From contig JASGJH010000001.1 in the NCBI GenBank assembly GCA_047601445.1, positions 4,896,001-4,960,000 on the forward strand: 64,000 nt of DNA, read 5' to 3'. This stretch comes from Myxococcales bacterium. GTDB lineage: Bacteria; Myxococcota_A; Polyangia; Polyangiales; DASUME01. The notes under the pieces were generated by a model. The model did not search any database, had not been told where the DNA came from, and saw nothing but the letters and a program-made list of their open reading frames with translations. Positions 27,461 to 35,618 of this stretch are shown here, one piece after another (the stretch's first letter is position 1; each line of letters begins with the position of its first letter). A program made the position numbers and the translations under genes.

Positions 27461-27780
27461 AGAACGTGGAAATCGAACCACTGCACGAGCACACCTCGGA
27501 GACGGTGCTCGCGGACATCGCTGGCATGATCCGCCAGGTCATTGGCGAGGAATACGCGGGCGATCTCGAGATCGGCATGGAGACGAGCTTCGCCAACGAG
27601 ATCGAACTGGAGAGCATCGAGCTGGTGGCCCTCACGGAGCTTCTGCGCGAGCGCTACGGGGACACGTTGGACCTCCCGTCGTGGCTCGGAAACATGGAGC
27701 TGAACGAGATCATCGCACTCAAGGTCGGCAACCTGGTGGAACGGATCGTCCTATGCATGTCCGAACCCGCGACGGCGTAA
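27457..27780 (+). CDS. Stand-alone acyl carrier protein
   Basis: GGAG RBS and GTG start overlapping the PKS2 stop (GTGA). Acidic protein with ETSFANEIELESIELVAL, Ser as the putative phosphopantetheine site. Confidence 0.85.
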   Translation: MKNVEIEPLHEHTSETVLADIAGMIRQVIGEEYAGDLEIGMETSFANEIELESIELVALTELLRERYGDTLDLPSWLGNMELNEIIALKVGNLVERIVLCMSEPATA

Positions 27781-28562
27781 CGCTACATACTCAGGAATTC
27801 GGCAAGGGCCCGCCCGTGCTGCTGTTGCACGGCTTGGTCGCCGGAAACCTGGCCACCTGGTACTTCGGTGTGGCGCCTGCCCTCGCGCGCAGCCATCGGG
27901 TGGTGCTGTTCGACTTCCGCGGGCACGGCCGCAGCGACCGCGCCGTCACCGGCTACGGCGTGGAGCCCATGACCCGCGACCTCGAGAGCGTCATCGACCA
28001 GGTCAGCGACGAGCCCGTGTCGTTGGTGGGCCACAGCTTCGGCGGTTGTGTGGCTCTCCAGTTCGCGCTCGAGCACCCCGAGCGGGTGCGCCGACTGGCA
28101 TTGGTGGAAGCCCCTCTGCCACCGTCGCGTTCGGAGGAGATCGAGGAGTTCCTGTCGGGACCACGCGAAAAGCTGGTGAACGACTTGCCCGCACGCTTGC
28201 GCGAGGCCGTGATCGGCGGGGGCCGGCGCGGGCAACGCCTGCTCGAGTCGATCGCCTTCCTGGTGCAGCAGACCACGATGATTGAGGAGCTACGGCGCTC
28301 CGAGGACATCCCCGACGCCCGGCTCGCCACGCTCGCGCCCCCCTTGCTCGCCCTCTACGGCAAGGCCTCGCGCTGCCGCCCCGTGGGCGCGCGTTTGGCG
28401 CGCGTGGTCCCCCATTGCCAGCACGTCGAGCTGGCCGGCGGCCACAACCTGCCCTTCGAGAACGTGGCCAGCGTCGTCGCCGAGCTCGGCGCCTTTCTGG
28501 CGGGTCCCGCGCTGCACCTCGCGAGCGGCAGCCTCAAGGCGCGCGCTGGGGGCCGCCCATGA
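27753..28562 (+). CDS. Alpha/beta-fold hydrolase, candidate thioesterase/release enzyme
   Basis: LLHGL, FDFRGHGRS, nucleophile GHSFG and C-terminal GGH. Overlaps the ACP gene. Confidence 0.88.
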   Translation: MHVRTRDGVTLHTQEFGKGPPVLLLHGLVAGNLATWYFGVAPALARSHRVVLFDFRGHGRSDRAVTGYGVEPMTRDLESVIDQVSDEPVSLVGHSFGGCVALQFALEHPERVRRLALVEAPLPPSRSEEIEEFLSGPREKLVNDLPARLREAVIGGGRRGQRLLESIAFLVQQTTMIEELRRSEDIPDARLATLAPPLLALYGKASRCRPVGARLARVVPHCQHVELAGGHNLPFENVASVVAELGAFLAGPALHLASGSLKARAGGRP

Positions 28563-29716
28563 AGCGCTTCCTCTTCGCGGTTCCTCCGTTCGCAGGCCAC
28601 GTCCTGCCCACGGTCTCGGTGGGTCGCGCACTCAAGGCACGCGGCCACCAGGTGCTGTGGGTGGGACTCTCCGAGATCCGGCGCCTGCTGCCGGAGGATG
28701 CGGAGTTGGTGGCGCTCGACGCCGATGCCTCCCCGGAGAGCCGCAGCGTGGAGATCGAGAAGGTGGCGAGCCGAGGCTGGGAGAGTCTGCAAGTGCTCTG
28801 GGAAGGGGCGCTGGTCCCGCTGGCGCGCGGCATGTTCGAAGGAGTCGGCCGCGCCATTGCCCAGTACGAACCCGATGTCGTGATCGCCGACCAACAGGCC
28901 ATCGGTGGAGCGCTGGCGGCGCGCCGCGCCGGGGTACCCTGGGCCACGTTCTGCACCACGTCGGCCTCGGTGATGGATGCTCTGGTGGACCTGCCCAAGG
29001 TGAAGCAATGGGTGGTCAACCAACTCGCGATGCTCGAGCGCGAAGCGGGGCTGCCGCCGGATCCCGCGCCCGACACGTCGCCTTCCTTGGTGGTGGTGTT
29101 CTCGACGAGGGCCCTGGTGGGGGAAGACCGCAGCTGGCCTGAGCACTATCACTTCGTCGGCCCATCCATCCAGGATCGCCCCGATCCCACACCCTTTCCC
29201 TGGGACTGGCTCAACACACGCCCGCGCATCTTCGCCTCGCTCGGCACCATCGGCAGCGACAGCCCAGGCAACGCTCGCTTTCTCTCGGCAGCGATCGCAG
29301 CGCTCCATGATCTGCCTTGCCAACTCGTGATCGCTGCGCCCAAGGGGGTCGAGGGCGAGATTCCCGAGCACGTGCTGGTGCGAGAGCGCGTACCCCAGGT
29401 GGCGCTGCTGCGAGAGATGGACGCCGTGATCACGCACGGCGGGCACAACACGGTGTGCGAGGCGCTGGCCCACGGTCTGCCACTGGTGGTGGCGCCGATT
29501 AGACACGATCAGCCGGCGGTGGCGGCCCAGGTGGTACGAGCCGGGGCTGCGGTTCGAGTGCGCTATGGCCGCGTCACGCCGCAAGCCCTACGCAGTGCGG
29601 TCGAGCAAGTCTTGGGCGAAGCTTCATTCCGCGCGTCCGCACAACGCATCGGTGCCAGCTTCGCGCGGGCAGGCGGCGCTGCGGCAGCCGCGGATGCACT
29701 GGAGAACCTCTCATGA
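28559..29716 (+). CDS. GT1-family (MGT-like) glycosyltransferase
   Basis: PFAGHVLP, ASLGT and VPQVALL...ITHGGHNTVCEALAHGLPLVVAPIRHDQ. ATGA overlaps at both ends. Confidence 0.92.
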   Translation: MKRFLFAVPPFAGHVLPTVSVGRALKARGHQVLWVGLSEIRRLLPEDAELVALDADASPESRSVEIEKVASRGWESLQVLWEGALVPLARGMFEGVGRAIAQYEPDVVIADQQAIGGALAARRAGVPWATFCTTSASVMDALVDLPKVKQWVVNQLAMLEREAGLPPDPAPDTSPSLVVVFSTRALVGEDRSWPEHYHFVGPSIQDRPDPTPFPWDWLNTRPRIFASLGTIGSDSPGNARFLSAAIAALHDLPCQLVIAAPKGVEGEIPEHVLVRERVPQVALLREMDAVITHGGHNTVCEALAHGLPLVVAPIRHDQPAVAAQVVRAGAAVRVRYGRVTPQALRSAVEQVLGEASFRASAQRIGASFARAGGAAAAADALENLS

Positions 29717-31590
29717 ATCTGGTTGCTTCGCTCGCGGGCGCGCTACTCACGCTGGGCTGGCTCGCGCAGAGCACGGACCTGCGCAGACGAGCCAGGGCTC
29801 TCCGCGTGCTGCGCGACAGCGACGAAGCGGTCTCGCTCGACCACGTGTTCGTGGTGCGACCAGGCGTGACCCTCGACACCTGGACTCGGCGCGCCGCCAG
29901 CGCCCATGCGCGCAGCGCGCAGCTGCAGGTGCTCGACCTGATCCCGCCGCATTTGTCGGCCGCTCGCGCGGGCCTCTTGCTGGAGAGCGTGGACCCGGCT
30001 CGCTATCGCGCCGACCGCACGGCCCCCGGCTACACGGTGGGCGACGCGCTCTTGGTCCAGCGCGACGTGCTGGCGCGGGCGCGCCTGTCACTGCCCGAGG
30101 CGGGTCCGCACGCCAGCGAGTTCGTCGAGCTCGCCAAGATCCTCAAACGCTACGCCGTGACCGGCTTCGACGTCGCGGTCGCTCCCCATCTGACAGCGAG
30201 CGAACCGAGCCTGCGCGAGCGTCGTGCTGCGCTTCGCGCGCTGCGAGGTGTGAGCCCCAAGATCACCCTCGCCGTGCAGCTCGCGCTGCTCGCCTGGATC
30301 CTCTGGCAAGCCCCGCTCTTCGGTCTGTTGGCACTCGCGGTGTTCCAGCTGCAGGTGCCCGTGGTGACCTGGAGCAGCGCGCTGTCACCCGCAGGCCTCC
30401 TTGCGTACAGCCTGGCGCGCATCCCACTCGACGCGCTCGGCGTGTTCGGACCGACGTCGAGCGATGGCCGCGCGCGTCATCCATCTGACGACGACCTACG
30501 GACAACGTATGACGCCCTGTTGGCCGAGGGCACGGCTCGCTTCTTCGAGCCGAGACGTGATGACTGCCCACTGTGCGGAGCCCACATCCTGATCGAACTG
30601 CTCGCGTCCGACGATCCGCTCCAGCGCAAACCAGGTCGCTTCGTGCTGTCGCGCTGCGCCGCCTGCGACCACATCTTCCAAAATCCGCGGCTCTCCCTGG
30701 CCGGCCTCGATTTCTACTATCGAGACGTTTACGAGGGCCTCGGTGGCAAGATGTTCGACGACCTGTTTCCCACCCAGGCCAAGGACTTCCAGAAGCGCCT
30801 GTCCATGGTGTCCGCCATCTCGAAGCCGTCCCGTTGGCTCGACGTGGGCGGCGGCCACGGGCACTTCTGCTGCTACGCGAGCGGCGAGCTGCCCGAAACC
30901 CATTTCGATGCACTCGATCTGAACGAAGGAATCGAGGAGGCCCAACGCCGAGGTTGGATTCGCCACGGCTTTCGAGGTCTGTTTCCTGACCTGGCTCCCC
31001 AGCTGGCCGCGAACGCTCGCTATGACGTCGTCAGCATGAGCCACTACCTGGAGCATGCACTGGATCCGCGAGCCGAACTGGCCGCGGCGGCCAAGGTTTT
31101 GACCGAGGACGGCCTTTTGATGATCGAGGTCCCTGATCCCGAGTCCCGGATTGGTCGCTTCTTCGGCAGTCTCTGGTTGCCCTGGTTGCAGCCTCAGCAT
31201 TTGCATTTCGTGAGCGCAGCCAATCTGGCAAATCTGCTGCACGAGCATTCGTTCGAGCCGTTGGTCTGGCACCGCGGTGAGGCCCATATGCCCCATGATT
31301 TCCTGTTCGTGACCATCTTCGCCATCGAACGCCTGGCCTTGCCGGGCGACTTTCCATGGCGGCCGCGCAATGGGCGCGCGCGGCGAACCTGGCGCGCCGT
31401 GGTCTGGACGTTGCTCGCACCCGCCGTGTGCTTGGCGTGGCTCCTCGATCGCGTGCTCACGCCGCTCCAACGACGTGCAGGCTGGTCGAACACGTACCGG
31501 GTCCTGGCGCGCAAGCGCCGTGAAAGCGAGTCCGCGCGACAAGAACTGTCATCGAATCGATTGGTCCAACATCGACTCGTCGCGAGTTAA
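29713..31590 (+). CDS. Membrane-anchored class I SAM-dependent methyltransferase with Zn-finger-like Cys motif
   Basis: Hydrophobic N-terminal region, then CPLCG...CAAC...QNPRL, WLDVGGGHG, MSHYLEH, IEVPD and LQPQHLHF. Confidence 0.85.
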   Translation: MNLVASLAGALLTLGWLAQSTDLRRRARALRVLRDSDEAVSLDHVFVVRPGVTLDTWTRRAASAHARSAQLQVLDLIPPHLSAARAGLLLESVDPARYRADRTAPGYTVGDALLVQRDVLARARLSLPEAGPHASEFVELAKILKRYAVTGFDVAVAPHLTASEPSLRERRAALRALRGVSPKITLAVQLALLAWILWQAPLFGLLALAVFQLQVPVVTWSSALSPAGLLAYSLARIPLDALGVFGPTSSDGRARHPSDDDLRTTYDALLAEGTARFFEPRRDDCPLCGAHILIELLASDDPLQRKPGRFVLSRCAACDHIFQNPRLSLAGLDFYYRDVYEGLGGKMFDDLFPTQAKDFQKRLSMVSAISKPSRWLDVGGGHGHFCCYASGELPETHFDALDLNEGIEEAQRRGWIRHGFRGLFPDLAPQLAANARYDVVSMSHYLEHALDPRAELAAAAKVLTEDGLLMIEVPDPESRIGRFFGSLWLPWLQPQHLHFVSAANLANLLHEHSFEPLVWHRGEAHMPHDFLFVTIFAIERLALPGDFPWRPRNGRARRTWRAVVWTLLAPAVCLAWLLDRVLTPLQRRAGWSNTYRVLARKRRESESARQELSSNRLVQHRLVAS

Positions 31591-31680
31591 AGTCCACGCG
31601 ATCCGCTCTTCCATGATTGACCGATCACGTCACGCTTGGTACGCGAAGTTGTCTGCATCTCCCAACGAACGAGGACTCCC

Positions 31681-32640
31681 ATGAGGCTCCGCGCGCTCTT
31701 TCTTTTAAACGTACTGGCACTCGCATGCGTGGCGTGCTCCGAGACAAAATCGTCCGGAACCACCGTCCCGGGCGACGGTGATGGCGGCGGCGACGGCGAT
31801 GGTGACGGCGACGGTGATGGCGACGGCGACGGTGATGGTGACGGTGACGGCGACGGTGATGGAGATGGGGGCGGCGGAATCCCGTCTGCAGAAACGGTAT
31901 GCGACGGCATCGACAACGACGGCGACGGCAACATCGACAACGTGGACGTTGCCGGTGACGGCATCTGCGACTGTCTCTCGATCGCGACCATCGGCGAGCC
32001 GCTCTACCCCATGGACGACACCTTCAAGGCCTGGCTCGACAAGCGCAGTGGTGGCGTAGTCGCCCTCGATTTCATGAAGCTCACGGCCGACGTGCTGAAG
32101 CCGTTCGACGTGATCATCGTGCAGAGTCTGCACATGCACGCCTACACGGCCGATGAGATCAAGGTGGTGGAAGATTGGGTCAAGGCCGGTGGCGGCATCT
32201 TCTCGCTCACGGCCTACACCGCGGACAGCAACGCCAACGTGAACGCCTTGCTCGCACCCTATGGCATCTCCTACGGCACCTCCCTCGTGCTGGTGAACGT
32301 GTTCGCCGATCAGAGCTTGCCCGTGGACATCTGGCTCCCTCACCCTGTCACCAAGGGCATCTCCAAGGTGGGCGCCGTGAGCGCGTACGAGGTGCTCGGC
32401 GGCGGAGACATCTTGGCCAAGGGCAAGGATCAACCCGTCCCCGTACTCCCGGCGAACGAAGTCGTGATGATGCGCGCCACCGAGCACGGCAAGGGCAAGG
32501 TGATCGCCTGGGGCGACGAGTGGATTACCTACGACTCGGAGTGGGCGGGTCACAAGGACTATCAGGTCGAGCGCCTGTGGCAGAACGCGATGCAGTGGCT
32601 CGGCCCGGAAAACGAGTGCAACGTCCTGGTGCTGCTCTGA
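31681..32640 (+). CDS. Lipoprotein with Gly-Asp linker, CDGIDND Cys/Asp repeat and a C-terminal GATase/ThuA-like alpha/beta domain
   Basis: Signal LALACVAC, (GD)n tract, ETVCDGIDNDGDGNID, FDVIIV...WVKAGGG, HPVTKGI and GKGKVIAWGDEW. Confidence 0.7.
   Translation: MRLRALFLLNVLALACVACSETKSSGTTVPGDGDGGGDGDGDGDGDGDGDGDGDGDGDGDGDGGGGIPSAETVCDGIDNDGDGNIDNVDVAGDGICDCLSIATIGEPLYPMDDTFKAWLDKRSGGVVALDFMKLTADVLKPFDVIIVQSLHMHAYTADEIKVVEDWVKAGGGIFSLTAYTADSNANVNALLAPYGISYGTSLVLVNVFADQSLPVDIWLPHPVTKGISKVGAVSAYEVLGGGDILAKGKDQPVPVLPANEVVMMRATEHGKGKVIAWGDEWITYDSEWAGHKDYQVERLWQNAMQWLGPENECNVLVLL
31771..31866 (+). repeat. Coding GGYGAY hexamer repeat (Gly-Asp)n
   Basis: Degenerate ggcgac/ggtgat/ggtgac repeats translating to GDGDGGGDGDGD... 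Confidence 0.9.
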
Positions 32641-32681
32641 AGCACCGCGTCGGAAGGTGATGTCGTTGTCGAGGAGGCCCT

Positions 32682-33665
32682 ATGCATGTCACTCATTGCC
32701 CAGCTCATCCAACAGCAACGCTCACTCCGCTGTTCACGGCGCGCGACCGCTTTTGGGGGTTCGACGGCAGCTTTTCCTATTGTCGCTGTGACACCTGCCG
32801 CAGCTGGGTGCTCTCACCACGACCCGACCCGCAGGATCTCGGTCGCTACTACGCGGGTTACTACAACCCGGAGATGATCGAGGTCTACGAACGCACCTGG
32901 CGCGAGCAGAAGCCCGAGCAGGCCGGGATGTTGGAGCGCGCACGCGCGAGCCAGTTCGTTGCCTGCATCCGCAAACTCGAGGTGCCTCTCACGCCCGAGA
33001 CACGTCTGCTCGACGCTGGCTGCGGACTCGGCAGCTTTGCACGCTTCGTCCGCGAGGACCTGGGCATTCAGGTGCGTGGAGTGGACTTCGACCCGGCGTG
33101 TCGCGCTTTCGCCGCGAGCACGCACGGTGTGGAGATCGACGCTGGCGAGCTGCATGCCCAGCGATACCCGAGCGCGAGCTTCGACCTGGTCACGAGCTGG
33201 CACTGCATGGAGCACGTGCTCGATCCGCGGGCCGAGCTCGCGGAGATGGCCCGCATCACCAAGCCGGGTGGCGTTCTGATGGTCGAGGTGCCCACCATCA
33301 CCCTGCTCGCGCGGATCTTCCGGGGACGTTGGCTCTTCTTGCAGGCGCCGACCCACCTCTATCACTTCAGGCCGCGCGCGCTGCGCGAGCTGGTGGAGGG
33401 AGCCGGTTTCGACACCGTCGAAGTCAGCCGTCCGTGGTTGCCCAGCGAGCTCGCGGGGAGCCTGGTCATGCTGCTCACGGGGGTGGTGGGGTTCGCGCCG
33501 CGCCTGCACAAGAAGATGGTGGGCGCCACCCTGGTGCGCACCCTGTTCATCCTGTTGTTGCTGCTCGACCTGCCGGTGACGCTCCTGCTCGCACTCATGG
33601 GCGACGCGGGCGTCGTGCGCATCGTCGCCCGGCGACGCAACGCTGAGGTCGCCGAGCCTAGCTGA
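32682..33665 (+). CDS. Class I SAM-dependent methyltransferase
   Basis: CRCDTC...PRP, LLDAGCGLG, FDLVTSWHCMEH, VEVP and LQAPTHLYHF. Confidence 0.88.
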   Translation: MHVTHCPAHPTATLTPLFTARDRFWGFDGSFSYCRCDTCRSWVLSPRPDPQDLGRYYAGYYNPEMIEVYERTWREQKPEQAGMLERARASQFVACIRKLEVPLTPETRLLDAGCGLGSFARFVREDLGIQVRGVDFDPACRAFAASTHGVEIDAGELHAQRYPSASFDLVTSWHCMEHVLDPRAELAEMARITKPGGVLMVEVPTITLLARIFRGRWLFLQAPTHLYHFRPRALRELVEGAGFDTVEVSRPWLPSELAGSLVMLLTGVVGFAPRLHKKMVGATLVRTLFILLLLLDLPVTLLLALMGDAGVVRIVARRRNAEVAEPS

Positions 33666-34215
33666 AGCGTGCAACCCACTTGTCGAAGGCAGTGACGAAG
33701 CCGCGCAAGAACTCGCGGCTGGGCTCGCTGGTGAGCTTGCCGTTCTCGTCGAAGAGCTTGGATGCGCCGCCCACGTAGGCCTCGGGTTGCTGCATCATCC
33801 ACACGTTCAAGAACACCATCGATTGGCGCAAGTGATGGTTGGCGCCGAAGGCCGCGAGGTTGCCGGGTGATACGCTGATGATCGCACCGGGTTTGTCGGC
33901 CCATACGCTCTTGCCATAGGGGCGTGAGCCCACGTCGATCGCGTTCTTGAGGCAACCGGGCACCGAGCGGTTGTACTCGGGCGTGAGGAACAGAAGGGCC
34001 TGGGCTTTTCTCACACGGTCACGGAAGGTGAGCCATGCTTGGGGTGGTGTCTCCTCCAGGTCCTGGTTGTACAGCGGGAGGTCGGCGATCTCGACGATCT
34101 CGAGCTTCAGACTGGCCGGGGCCAGCTCGGCCACCGCCTGGGCCGTCATGCGCGTGAACGAGCCCTTGCGCAGGCTCCCCACGATCACTGCGACATCACG
34201 CTGGATTGTCATCAT
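33658..34215 (-). CDS. NAD(P)H-dependent FMN reductase (ChrR/YieF-like)
   Basis: GSLRKGSFT, LPLYNQD, TPEYNRSVPGCLKNAID, SRPYG and ANHHLRQ. Confidence 0.93.
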   Translation of the reverse strand: MMTIQRDVAVIVGSLRKGSFTRMTAQAVAELAPASLKLEIVEIADLPLYNQDLEETPPQAWLTFRDRVRKAQALLFLTPEYNRSVPGCLKNAIDVGSRPYGKSVWADKPGAIISVSPGNLAAFGANHHLRQSMVFLNVWMMQQPEAYVGGASKLFDENGKLTSEPSREFLRGFVTAFDKWVARFS

Positions 34216-34358
34216 TCCCTCCTCGAATTGCATCGGTCCACGGCGCGAACTCTACCCCAAGTAGGCGCGGGCGCCGGCCGTGCCTGTGCCTCACGGGGCC
34301 TCAAAATGCCCCCGGGCGCAGACAAGCGCGCCGGCCAACTGCTAGTCTCGGCCCCACC

Positions 34359-35618
34359 ATGGGATTCTGTTTCGTCCATGCGGCAGACCTGCACCTGGAC
34401 AGCCCTCTCCGTGGGCTAGCCCGCTACGAGGGAGCACCGGTCGCCGAGGTGCGAGGCGCCACCCGGCGCGCGCTCGAGAACCTCGTGCAACTCTGCCTCG
34501 AGGAGAACGCGCGCTTCCTGTTGCTTGCGGGCGATCTGTACGACGGCGAATGGCGCGACTACTCCACCGGCCTGTTCTTCGGGCACCAGATGGCACGCCT
34601 GCGCGAGACCGGCACGCGGGTGATCTGGATCCGTGGCAACCACGATGCCCAGAGCAAGTTGACCCGACACCTCGCGCTGGGTGAGCACTGCATCGAGCTC
34701 GGCTCGCGGCGTCCCGAAACCCAGGTGCTTGAGGATGTACAGGTGGCGGTGCACGGGCAGGGCTTCGCCAGCGCGGCCGTCACCGAAGATCTGAGCGCGA
34801 ACTATCCCGAGCCATTGCGCGGCATGCTGAATATCGGGCTGCTCCACACCGCCTTGAGCGGTCGGCCCGGCCACGCTGCCTATGCCCCCACGGACGTGCG
34901 AGCCTTGGTGGCGCGCGGCTATGACTACTGGGCGCTCGGCCACGTGCACAAGCGCGAGGTGGTGCACCGCGAGCCCCACGTGGTGTTCCCGGGCAATTTG
35001 CAGGCCCGTCACGTGCGCGAGACGGGTCCCAAGGGCGCCACCCTGGTGCGCGTGGAGAACGGCAGCATCGCCAGCGTGGAGCATCGCAGCCTGGACCTGG
35101 TGCGCTTTGCGCTGCTCGAGCTGTCGGCTGTGGAGGCGCAGAGCGTCGGTGACCTGGCGGAGCTGGCCAAGCGGGCGTTCGCGGAGGCGCTGGTCGAGGC
35201 CGAAGGACGCTTGCTGGCGGCGCGCGTGAGTGTGGTCGGGCGCTCCCATGCGCACGCGGAGATGGCTGCGGACCTGGAGCGCGTGCGGGCGCAGATTCAA
35301 ACCGCCGCCAACGACTTGAGCGCGGGAGACGTGTGGGTCGAAGACGTGCGCCTGCACAGCCAACTTCCGCTCGACCTGGTCAGTCTGCGCAAGCGCGACG
35401 ACGCCATCGGCCACCTCGTCTCGGCGCTCGAGCGCAGCATGGACGACCCGGAGACCGCACTGCTGTTGTCCGATGACCTGGCCGAACTGAGCAAGGCCTT
35501 GCCGGCCGAGGTGCGCGCCGAGGCCCTGGACCTCGACCTGCGCGACGAGCAGCAGGCCCGCGAGTTGCTTCATTCGGTGGGTCAGCTGCTGTTGCCGCGT
35601 CTGGTGGGATCGGTATGA
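34359..35618 (+). CDS. YhaO-like metallophosphoesterase (SbcD/Mre11 family nuclease)
   Basis: HAADLHLDSP, AGDLYD, GNHD, LLHT, YWALGHVH and PGNLQAR. Confidence 0.9.
   Translation: MGFCFVHAADLHLDSPLRGLARYEGAPVAEVRGATRRALENLVQLCLEENARFLLLAGDLYDGEWRDYSTGLFFGHQMARLRETGTRVIWIRGNHDAQSKLTRHLALGEHCIELGSRRPETQVLEDVQVAVHGQGFASAAVTEDLSANYPEPLRGMLNIGLLHTALSGRPGHAAYAPTDVRALVARGYDYWALGHVHKREVVHREPHVVFPGNLQARHVRETGPKGATLVRVENGSIASVEHRSLDLVRFALLELSAVEAQSVGDLAELAKRAFAEALVEAEGRLLAARVSVVGRSHAHAEMAADLERVRAQIQTAANDLSAGDVWVEDVRLHSQLPLDLVSLRKRDDAIGHLVSALERSMDDPETALLLSDDLAELSKALPAEVRAEALDLDLRDEQQARELLHSVGQLLLPRLVGSV

Noticed and set aside
23038..27780. 1580-aa PKS with C-terminal ACP as given in the ORF track
   Set aside because: The true start is ATG 23218 (TGATG overlap). 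The ACP has its own RBS and start and is joined only through a +1 frameshift.
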